A stretch of DNA of 63,790 nt, taken from the IMG/VR virus record IMGVR_UViG_3300047546_000805, positions 1 to 63,790 of that record; one strand, written 5' to 3'. The DNA is from a virus (taxonomy: Duplodnaviria; Caudoviricetes). A model generated the notes under the pieces. The model saw only the letters and a list, made by a program, of their open reading frames with translations. It did not search any database and had not been told where the DNA came from. The position numbers were made by a program, and so were the translations under genes. Of the stretch, positions 36,632-44,674 are shown in pieces (position 1 is the first letter of the stretch; each line of letters opens with the position of its first letter).

Positions 36632-38227
36632 TTATTGTGTAGTTCTTCCGTCACCCTGCGCGTTTCTGCCCTCTCCGGCAGAGTCGGATGATCCGGCTGA
36701 GCGGTCGGCATCACGGGTTCTTGACTGCTGGGCCTGGGCCCTTTGCTCCGCCGCCTCCTGTGCCCCGAGAGATACCGGCTTGTCTCCGCCCTCTAGTGGT
36801 GGTAGGCCGTGGCGCTTGCGAATCTCGTTCGGAACAATGGTCTTCATTCTCAAGTAGCGCTCATCGATCTTGCTCTGGGTGTCCTCATCGGATAGGGTCA
36901 TTTCTAGCAACTTGAACTTGAAGTTATCGGTAACGCTCTTGATGATGAGGTCAATACGCTTTTCTAGCATGTCCTGGCGTGGGCGGGTTACCTGCTCCTT
37001 GAATCCCTTGTCCGCGTCTCTGGCTGCCGCCAGGCCGACCCCATCCATATATCCTGACTTCGACTTAGGTGTTCTGTGGGCCATGAAGATCTCGTCAATA
37101 TTCATCTTGCGGTATGTGTTGAAACTGCTGTCCTGGGCCTTAGCCTCAATTGCCTCCATCTTGAACTCGACCTTGTTTCCGTCAGAGTCGGCTGGGAGCG
37201 GCAGGAATACGCTACGGTGGTGCTTGCCCTTTACTCCCGTCTGAAACAATTCAAGGATCTTGCGCTGGTTGGCCTCAGATATAGAAGCACCCTTTAGATA
37301 GATTACATAGCGCGGAACAGCCTTGTGCTCGAAATAGTCAAGGTTGTAGCGGCTGGCGAACTCGTCACCGGCTAGCGCTTCTGTGGCGGGGATGATGTCT
37401 GGAATTCCGTAGAAACTGTTGGTCGGAGTGTAATTCTTTACGTGAATTACCTCGTTCGGGTTCCTGTCATCGGTCAGTGGGTTCTCTGTCTTGGTGTCCC
37501 CAAAGTTCCTGAAGAATATTACTCTAGTTCCAACTAGTTGTACGAATCCGTCCCTGTCTCGGCGGACTCTCATGGTCACGGATGGAATGTGACCTACAAA
37601 GTTGATCTTGCCACTCTTTGTCCGCCCGATTTCGATATAGGCGTTTCCTGTAGACTCAAGGTCTACCGCTACGGCATGTAGGGTGTCGGAGAATGGCTGT
37701 AGCCAGTTCAGGCTATTTAGCCATTCCAGTACCGAGTTCTTCTCGTCTTCTGCCTGGCGCTCAAGTCTGTCTCTAGTCTTATCTGTGTTTGCCCGCTCGA
37801 TCTGTGACTTCAGTTTATAGGTCGGCTCTAGGTCATATCCAAGATCAACTATATTAGCGACTTTGGACTGAACGGCGGCGTAGTGAGGGGCGGACTTCTC
37901 GTAGACCTTAGCAAGATATGTTGGGTTGTAATCTGGAACCACTACCCCGAAGTTGTCGTAGGCAAAGGTGTATCCGACCTCTACCGCCTTGCTCTTCGCC
38001 ACCTCGGCCTTGTGAATCTTGCGGCGCTTGAAATTAGGGGCGAGGCCGGTAAGTGAACGATACTGCTCATTTGTCAGTACGAATGGGTCATTTGATGGAT
38101 TGGTTGTGTCAATCTCTGAGGCTACTGTTACCTCGATCTCGTGAGCCGCTGCGGGCTCAACTTTCGTCACCCGACGACTAGCCGTACGCTTAGTATCCGA
38201 GGCCACTTTGCATCGCCTCAATCTCAC
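36632..38227 (-). CDS. Portal protein
   Basis: DLESTGNAYIEIGR, EVIHVKNYTP..SFYGIPD, YNLDYF...AVP, PNEIRK..GLPPLEGGD. True start may be GTG at 38206. Confidence 0.92.
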   Translation of the reverse strand: MRLRRCKVASDTKRTASRRVTKVEPAAAHEIEVTVASEIDTTNPSNDPFVLTNEQYRSLTGLAPNFKRRKIHKAEVAKSKAVEVGYTFAYDNFGVVVPDYNPTYLAKVYEKSAPHYAAVQSKVANIVDLGYDLEPTYKLKSQIERANTDKTRDRLERQAEDEKNSVLEWLNSLNWLQPFSDTLHAVAVDLESTGNAYIEIGRTKSGKINFVGHIPSVTMRVRRDRDGFVQLVGTRVIFFRNFGDTKTENPLTDDRNPNEVIHVKNYTPTNSFYGIPDIIPATEALAGDEFASRYNLDYFEHKAVPRYVIYLKGASISEANQRKILELFQTGVKGKHHRSVFLPLPADSDGNKVEFKMEAIEAKAQDSSFNTYRKMNIDEIFMAHRTPKSKSGYMDGVGLAAARDADKGFKEQVTRPRQDMLEKRIDLIIKSVTDNFKFKLLEMTLSDEDTQSKIDERYLRMKTIVPNEIRKRHGLPPLEGGDKPVSLGAQEAAEQRAQAQQSRTRDADRSAGSSDSAGEGRNAQGDGRTTQ

Positions 38228-38606
38228 CCATTAGTGCCGGAACGTCATATGGGTCCGGAACATATCCGTCCATCATGCGCTCGACCTGGTGCCAGAATTC
38301 GTTCTCGCTGATCTTTCTAGAACCAGCGTAGAACACTGCAAATCCGTCCGGGTATCCGTGGTGTGCTGCGGCTTCCTGTAGTCTGCGGATACGCTCTTTA
38401 TCTCCCTGCCTCGAAGCAATCGAAAGGAAGTTGGCGTCGTCGTCGGTAAGGAAGTTTCCGTCAGGCAACTGCCAGACATATACTCCGATATTGGTCTCTT
38501 GGACGATTTGAACCCGTGGTTTTGTGTTCTCCCAGGTCTTTTTGACCGGCTCATCGGGATCTACGTCTGTGCTTAGCACTAATTCTGGTGTTTCCTGCTC
38601 GCTCAT
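38190..38606 (-). CDS. Conserved hypothetical protein upstream of portal
   Basis: GVYVWQLPDG...ANFLSI...YVPDPYD; start at 38606 fits a leaderless promoter. Confidence 0.7.
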   Translation of the reverse strand: MSEQETPELVLSTDVDPDEPVKKTWENTKPRVQIVQETNIGVYVWQLPDGNFLTDDDANFLSIASRQGDKERIRRLQEAAAHHGYPDGFAVFYAGSRKISENEFWHQVERMMDGYVPDPYDVPALMGEIEAMQSGLGY

Positions 38607-38613
38607 GTCACTC

Positions 38614-38642
38614 ATAATACCATTTCTGTCTACTTAAAGCAA
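38614..38642 (-). promoter_or_regulatory. Promoter (TTGCnT class), leaderless
   Basis: TTGCTT-N17-TATTAT (TG-extended), 7 nt before the ATG at 38606. Confidence 0.65.
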
Positions 38643-38649
38643 AAACTTG

Positions 38650-41016
38650 TCATACCGGGATCACATTTGTGTGCCATGCGGGGGCATAGATGTTCGGGGC
38701 CTTGTTCTGGGCCACGCTGATCGAGTCCGCCACGTCTGCGGAATACTTGTAGCGGCCAAGGAAGGCTGAGTAGTGCTCGGTGATATTGTCTGCGCTGAGA
38801 ATATAGTCGTATGCTGCGAAGTTCTGTATTCCTACTCCGTTTACATAATTGGTCGAGTTGTATCCGCCCCCGATATATACCTGTCGGTCAGTCAGATCAG
38901 CCGGTAGAACCGCGTACACATGCACCCACTGGTTGTACAAATTGGTGATGTTCTTGCCGGACATGTTAACGTTGTTTATATAAACGGTAGTGAAGTTGTG
39001 GCTGAGCGCGTTGCCCGCCTTGTTGATAGATATGTATCGCTCGGTGGACCCGTCATAGATCGATATCACCCGGCCAGAATTGACGGTATCGAAATCGATG
39101 TATAGCAGGAACTCGAAGGAGCGGTACTCGTAGTGAGTGGTCACACCATCAACATTAACGTCAGACACTACGCCTCGTACAGATCCCGAGTCGAAGAACA
39201 GCCCATCGTATTTGTTTCTGGTGAAATAGTTCGGTTCTGCCGCGCTGATCCATGCCTCTCCGGTTCCGGTTAGGTTTATCTCGGCCTCGGAATTCTCGGA
39301 AATGATCTTCCGGTCGGTGATTGCTCTAACCACGATCTTGGAGAATGATGGGTAATTTGCCTCTCCGCCATATGGGGCAGGTGCTGCCCAAAGATACGGG
39401 TTGACCGTGATTTCCTGGTTGATGCCGACCCCGGGCGTAACGTTCTCTGGAATAGATGAAATCGGAGTGATAAACCTGTTTAGATTGGAGGCGGTGGAAT
39501 CGCTAGTCGTAATAGATAGTTCCTTGTGAGCCCCGTAGTTTATGGCATAAGCGGTCTTGATCTGCTCGTCGTCCGGAAGCAGCACCTTTGCCACCAAGTA
39601 GGACTCGACAAATCCTACGTTCTCATTGGCCGTGTTCAGCGGCCATATTCCTGTGGCAATCCATGAATCGTAGTAACTCTCATAATTATTTCCGAGTTCT
39701 GCGTCTGTACGAATGCTGTTATGTGTTGCTAGGTAGCCTATGTTTGGGATCGCCGCTCCGCCGTACGTTCCATCTGCTCCAATAACTAGTTTTGTAGTTT
39801 CGTCAACGACGATGTTGATGGAATACTTGCTCTGCCCTCCGACTGGGTTCAGCGTAAATACTGGATCACCAGTTTTGATGAACAACTGGCCGCTGTCGTA
39901 CATGAAGACGAAATTTCCAGTTGCCGTATTAACGGCATCATCGAAGGTGATGTTGGTCGGCGTCTCAGTTCCGTCTGGCGCAATATCTGTAACGTCTATA
40001 TGAATGTCGTTGGCCGAGTCAACGTAGCACTCTAATCTCTGTACATCACCTATTAGGGAGAAGAGGTATTCGTCTCCAGCCCGCGAGTTGTCGTCTGATG
40101 TCTCGATGTATATTACCCACTGGTCACTTCCAAGGTAGCCTAGGGCGTTTGTATACAGGTACTCACCGGCCCCAATTGTGACACTTGTTGCGTTCCAGCC
40201 CGGCTCAACATCATACGACAGAGCATCCACCACCTTGTTCGAATATAGTCCATCCTTATCAATATTGATGTTGTAACTGTCAGTCGATCCAAATTCCTGG
40301 TCTAGTTCTATGTCGTAGTAGGATGTATTCGAAATACGCATCGGGAAAACCTGCCCGTTGTCATTGGCGCAGGCGTCTACATGGCTGATCGGTACGGCGG
40401 CGTTGAATTTGTCAAGGATGTTCTGCGGCGTCAGAGCACGGTCGTATACGCAAACATTCGAGGCGAACTCGGCGTTGATGGTCAGGGTGGTAGAAGAGTT
40501 GGTGAAGGCGAATCCCGCCGGTGCATCTTCTACGAATTTGTTCTCCCCGTCGATATATATAGACACAGAGTTTCCGGTCCAGGTCAGAGCGAAGTAGATT
40601 CGTGAGTCATAGTCGTCAATGTTGAAGTGGTGCTGCAATACACCAGGGAAATTCACGTATAGATTGGAGTTCTGGACTCCGACGACATTCGTTCCGAGTG
40701 ACAGTAGGTTCCTGGTGCCGTAGTCTGCGTAATCGTTATTGGGGTGGATCTCGAACCATCCATCTATGGTGAACGGGAGTGGTTCTTTACCTGCTGTTCC
40801 GAATGCCCGCCCCAGCGTAGAAGTCGAGCCATTACATACAGAAGCATGAAATCCTGGGACTAGCGGCTGGTAGGTTTTTGGCGCGGTGCCAGTGGCGGTC
40901 GGGGTATTGATGCTGGCGAAAGTTCCAGATCTTCCCATTACATCTACCGCTCCGTGAGTTATGTCCAGCGGCCAATAACTGTAGGGGTTTGTCGAGATTA
41001 CGTATTCTCTATACAT
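38650..41016 (-). CDS. LamG/concanavalin A-like virion protein
   Basis: NPYSYWPLD, FTIDGWF, YFALTW...IYIDG, VYDRALT; second domain WVHVY...AAYDYILS...EHY. Confidence 0.75.
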   Translation of the reverse strand: MYREYVISTNPYSYWPLDITHGAVDVMGRSGTFASINTPTATGTAPKTYQPLVPGFHASVCNGSTSTLGRAFGTAGKEPLPFTIDGWFEIHPNNDYADYGTRNLLSLGTNVVGVQNSNLYVNFPGVLQHHFNIDDYDSRIYFALTWTGNSVSIYIDGENKFVEDAPAGFAFTNSSTTLTINAEFASNVCVYDRALTPQNILDKFNAAVPISHVDACANDNGQVFPMRISNTSYYDIELDQEFGSTDSYNINIDKDGLYSNKVVDALSYDVEPGWNATSVTIGAGEYLYTNALGYLGSDQWVIYIETSDDNSRAGDEYLFSLIGDVQRLECYVDSANDIHIDVTDIAPDGTETPTNITFDDAVNTATGNFVFMYDSGQLFIKTGDPVFTLNPVGGQSKYSINIVVDETTKLVIGADGTYGGAAIPNIGYLATHNSIRTDAELGNNYESYYDSWIATGIWPLNTANENVGFVESYLVAKVLLPDDEQIKTAYAINYGAHKELSITTSDSTASNLNRFITPISSIPENVTPGVGINQEITVNPYLWAAPAPYGGEANYPSFSKIVVRAITDRKIISENSEAEINLTGTGEAWISAAEPNYFTRNKYDGLFFDSGSVRGVVSDVNVDGVTTHYEYRSFEFLLYIDFDTVNSGRVISIYDGSTERYISINKAGNALSHNFTTVYINNVNMSGKNITNLYNQWVHVYAVLPADLTDRQVYIGGGYNSTNYVNGVGIQNFAAYDYILSADNITEHYSAFLGRYKYSADVADSISVAQNKAPNIYAPAWHTNVIPV

Positions 41017-41024
41017 GATTATTT

Positions 41025-41052
41025 AGTATATCATTTTGGGCGGTAAACGCAA
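41025..41052 (-). promoter_or_regulatory. Promoter (TTGCnT class), near-leaderless
   Basis: TTGCGT-N16-TATACT (TG-extended), 8 nt before the ATG. Confidence 0.55.
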
Positions 41053-41170
41053 TCACCCCGGCCCAGCGGGACCGGGGGATCACGGTAACTTCCACCCTAA
41101 AGCACGGGACGCGAAATTGCTGCACTCCCCGTAACGACTAGGCGCTCCCAACTGGGACTACCAGACGTTA
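41050..41170 (-). ncRNA. Candidate structured small RNA
   Basis: Intergenic stretch with a TGA-TATACT element just upstream and four consecutive hairpins whose G-U pairs favour the minus strand; family not recognised. Confidence 0.4.
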
Positions 41171-41181
41171 GTATAAGTATA

Positions 41182-41418
41182 TCATAGACCGAATATATGA
41201 AGCACGAACCAAGACACTAGACCGAAGGCGGTGGCTGCAAAGACCGCTGCTCCTACCGCCCGCTTTTTAGTGTCCTGTGACAGCAGCCCAATCCATTTAC
41301 GGGTATTCTCAGAAAGGGTGTCACCCTTTTGCTTATTTATCAGTGTAGCGCCCTCTATAACTCCAAAAGACGCTATTACTGTAATCAGCCAAACTATCCA
41401 GGTTGGTTCGAAGTTCAT
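41182..41418 (-). CDS. Small two-TM membrane protein (holin-like)
   Basis: Two hydrophobic segments flanking GDTLSENTRKW. Confidence 0.6.
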   Translation of the reverse strand: MNFEPTWIVWLITVIASFGVIEGATLINKQKGDTLSENTRKWIGLLSQDTKKRAVGAAVFAATAFGLVSWFVLHIFGL

Positions 41419-41729
41419 GTGCCGTTTGTAGAGTTTAATTGCCTAACTGTAAGCCTGATCAGAGCGTTCATCTGACGGGTTAGTGATCTGACCTGAGCAA
41501 CTACCTGGGCATTTGTTGGTGATGCTAGGTCTAGGAATGCTTGATTAGCGGCAAGTGCTGTTACTGCTTTATCTTTGAGTGCTTTTTCGTTAACACTCGC
41601 CGCCCCCTCGGGGGTGGCAGAGATAAGAGCCCTAGCCTCTGCTGCTGTTATGCTCACACCATTATTATCAAAATAAACTAGTGATCCGTTTTCGTTCTTA
41701 ACTGTAACCATTAGACTTCCGCTCTCCAT
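41415..41729 (-). CDS. Hypothetical helical protein
   Basis: ALAANQAFLDLASPTNAQVVAQVRSLTRQ; probable start at 41711. Confidence 0.6.
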   Translation of the reverse strand: MESGSLMVTVKNENGSLVYFDNNGVSITAAEARALISATPEGAASVNEKALKDKAVTALAANQAFLDLASPTNAQVVAQVRSLTRQMNALIRLTVRQLNSTNGT

Positions 41730-42094
41730 GAAATAACTGCTGCCGCTAATGCTACTATATCAGCCGGTGGATTGTCTAGTTCTCTAAATGCTGATAGCGC
41801 AGCCGAGACTTGTTGGTCGATGATCACCGTTTCTTCTGGCGTTGGTGCTGGATAGAGTGCAGATAGCGCTAAAGCATTAGACAACGCTTCACGATTCTGT
41901 TGAAGGGCGGCATTAGTAGCATCTAGTGCGGCTGCCGCCGCAGCGATAGCCTGGTTGTACTCAACCACCTGGGACTCTGTAGGAATCGCAGCATCTTCTT
42001 CGGGCGTCATTGGCCTCTCGACCCCGCCCTCAATTATTGTTCTTGTCGTAACGTTTATTGTGATGTCGCCTAGTGGCGCTAGGTAATCTGGCAT
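41711..42094 (-). CDS. Fibre-associated small protein (assembly chaperone-like)
   Basis: RPMTPEE motif; follows a fibre gene; resembles 44285-44674. Confidence 0.5.
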   Translation of the reverse strand: MPDYLAPLGDITINVTTRTIIEGGVERPMTPEEDAAIPTESQVVEYNQAIAAAAAALDATNAALQQNREALSNALALSALYPAPTPEETVIIDQQVSAALSAFRELDNPPADIVALAAAVISWRAEV

Positions 42095-44277
42095 TATCCG
42101 AAGAACCTCACTTGACCAATTCCTCCATTTGTTGAGTTAGAGCCTATACCAACGGCCATTGTTCCAAAAATGTCTGGGAATCCGTTGAGAGGCGGACCAA
42201 CACCGGCCATGTACTTTCCTGCCGAATTGGCCTTGGGCGCTCCCTGCATTCCGGAACCAGAAGTAATATACCATTCCCAAGTGGTTCCAAACTTTGTCAG
42301 CCATATAGTATCACCGGCAACCACTGACGCGCCACACGTTGCTAGCACGGTGTTAGAAGAAGATGCGTCGTAAACAACAAACTGCATGGTTCCCGCGCTA
42401 TCCACTCTGAGGCCGTAGCCATAAAATGACCCTCCCTGTGTTGCAATCTGTCCAGCGTTAATAAATGTACCGGCTTCTGGAAGCGTCCACACAACGGCAC
42501 TCATTGTGAAGAACGCAAGCGCGACGGCCTGGTAAGATCCGTACCTTACCCCCAGGCCCCAGGGCTGCCCGCCACTTGTCCGGGCGTGGTATCCATTAGC
42601 ATCATACTTAAGATTATGGAAGTTTCCAACTTGCAGATTAACATTGATGGGTGACATGACCATAGAATTAGCGCTAGCAGCGGTAATTGTTTCATCTACA
42701 CCGGTATTTGCATAGGTAAATGTTGTTGTTGTTGGCACAGAAGCAACGGTAACTGTTGGGAGCGTTCCATACCCGGACCCAACATTAATTACTGTCAACC
42801 TGTCACCAACCGCGAGTTTGTGGGGCCGGTTTGTTGTCAGCGTAGCAATGTTTGATGATCTGGATCTGTTTGTAATTAGGAGGGGGGTGAGTGATGCTGA
42901 CGCATAGGATCCAGCAGCCGTACTACCAATGTCGCTGCCCGTATTAGAATAAGTAAATGTTGTTGCTCCGGTAACAGTAATGGTGGCATTAGTTGTATTA
43001 AATCCCGCTGCTCCGGTAATAGCATAGAGGTCAACTATATCCCCGGTTGCAAATCCGTGTGACGACGATGTGGTTATTGTAGCAACATTCGAAGTCCTCG
43101 ACACGGTAGAAATATATTTATATGCTTGGTGATGATCCCACGCAGCATTGCCAGATCCTATATTTTTAGGTCTTACAATTTGCTGATCTTCATCTATACG
43201 CCATGACCATCCGGGCGACGGCTGTGGTCGAAGAATCATCGGCTGAACCGTCATCAACCTCCATAACCTATCTCTTGTAGGAGACGGCCATGGAGAACTA
43301 ATAGTTCCTGAGGTTGCCGTGCTATTTATTGTTCCACTAACAAGGCAAAGGAACTGTACTGTGTAGCCATCAACATTGAGAACTATTCTATCTCCGTCAG
43401 CATCGACGTGAATACCGGCAACAGTTATTATGTCTCCTGGCTCTAAACTATGACCACCGGGAATAACAATTGAAAAAAAATTAGTAGATCTTGAGTAGGA
43501 GGATGCTGTCCACCTAGTCACACCGTTTACACCATCGGCCCCCCTTGGGCCTTGTACCTGTGCATATCCAAAGTCGGCGCGTAGGGATGATCCGAAGGTG
43601 TTTGAGTCAGTAGACTCGATAATTCTAAAGTCACCGGCCGACCCGGAACTTGCAGGTATGGGCGCTGAACTAGCGTTGTTGTTTGCCGCCCACATTTGAG
43701 ATTGCTGAACCTTGTTAACGCCAGATCCGGTTTGTGCAAGAGAGACTATTCCGGCCGCAGTTGCAGTAGGCGCAACCCATGTACCGTCAGCGCGCAAAAA
43801 CTGTGTCGTATTATTCGGAGGTACGACTACACCACGAACGCTAGCCGCTGCGGTTGGTAGTATTGCTGCTACTTGAGTACCAGTTAGGTCTGTTGGGTTT
43901 CCTGTTCCCGTTCCTGCGGCCCGGCCCTTGATTGTCTGCTCGGAGACTGTTGCTAACTTTGAATTAGTTACAGCGTTGTTATCAATGGTGAGCGTAGTTC
44001 CGCTACCACCAACAGTAATGTCGCCCTTATCGCCGTCTGTTATGTGAATACCGTGGCTTGTTGCTGCTTTACCAGCAAGGTCGGTTGTCAGGTTTGTTAC
44101 TTGTGACTGTGCTATTGTTACTGGGTCTGAGCCCGCTGATCCATGTGATGCTGCGTGGGCTGCCGGGGTTGGGGCGGCTGTCACAGGCTCCCATCCGGTT
44201 CCGTTCCATTTCCATGTACGGCTACCGTAGGTATATTGCTGATCTAGCGTTGGACTTGATGGAAAATTAATTGGCAT
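42094..44277 (-). CDS. Fibre/spike protein with three FCCH-like beta repeats
   Basis: MPINFPSSP...TWKWNGTGW; DGDKGDITV; repeats S-R-x-x-N-x-A-T-x-T-T-x-x-x-H-x-x-x-x-G-D. Confidence 0.65.
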   Translation of the reverse strand: MPINFPSSPTLDQQYTYGSRTWKWNGTGWEPVTAAPTPAAHAASHGSAGSDPVTIAQSQVTNLTTDLAGKAATSHGIHITDGDKGDITVGGSGTTLTIDNNAVTNSKLATVSEQTIKGRAAGTGTGNPTDLTGTQVAAILPTAAASVRGVVVPPNNTTQFLRADGTWVAPTATAAGIVSLAQTGSGVNKVQQSQMWAANNNASSAPIPASSGSAGDFRIIESTDSNTFGSSLRADFGYAQVQGPRGADGVNGVTRWTASSYSRSTNFFSIVIPGGHSLEPGDIITVAGIHVDADGDRIVLNVDGYTVQFLCLVSGTINSTATSGTISSPWPSPTRDRLWRLMTVQPMILRPQPSPGWSWRIDEDQQIVRPKNIGSGNAAWDHHQAYKYISTVSRTSNVATITTSSSHGFATGDIVDLYAITGAAGFNTTNATITVTGATTFTYSNTGSDIGSTAAGSYASASLTPLLITNRSRSSNIATLTTNRPHKLAVGDRLTVINVGSGYGTLPTVTVASVPTTTTFTYANTGVDETITAASANSMVMSPINVNLQVGNFHNLKYDANGYHARTSGGQPWGLGVRYGSYQAVALAFFTMSAVVWTLPEAGTFINAGQIATQGGSFYGYGLRVDSAGTMQFVVYDASSSNTVLATCGASVVAGDTIWLTKFGTTWEWYITSGSGMQGAPKANSAGKYMAGVGPPLNGFPDIFGTMAVGIGSNSTNGGIGQVRFFG

Positions 44278-44284
44278 GGTTATC

Positions 44285-44674
44285 CTATTCTAACACACCG
44301 CTCGCAAAAAGTGCAGCGGAGTTGATTTCGTTTACTCTAGAATTTATCCACATAATGTGCTTGTCGCAAATAGCGTCGTCTATATCAGAATCTCTATATT
44401 CTAACACGGCCTGCTGCACAATCGATAGGGCCTGCGGATAGGTCGGTCCTTGTGGAGTTCCGTAAGATAGCAGAATCTCACGAGCATTGGCAAGGGCGTC
44501 CCTGTGCGCTACCGCCCCAGACTCTCTGAACTGCTCGGCATCCATAGCATCCATTACTAAAAGTTCTTCTGGTGTAGCGTCTCGTACTTTTTCAAGTGGG
44601 TCACCGACCCACAGACCAGTTCTGTCGAGTTTTTCTACCAAAATGCCACCGTCTACATATGACTCTCTATACAT
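44285..44674 (-). CDS. Fibre-associated small protein (assembly chaperone-like)
   Basis: RDATPEE motif; follows a fibre gene. Confidence 0.5.
   Translation of the reverse strand: MYRESYVDGGILVEKLDRTGLWVGDPLEKVRDATPEELLVMDAMDAEQFRESGAVAHRDALANAREILLSYGTPQGPTYPQALSIVQQAVLEYRDSDIDDAICDKHIMWINSRVNEINSAALFASGVLE

Noticed and set aside
32913-38650. Missing terminase as a sign of a defective phage
   Set aside because: The window is partial, and large actinophages can place the terminase far from the head genes.
41050-41170. tRNA or known ribozyme
   Set aside because: No cloverleaf or TTC T-loop, and no hammerhead, twister or pistol core recognised; kept only as an unknown ncRNA candidate.
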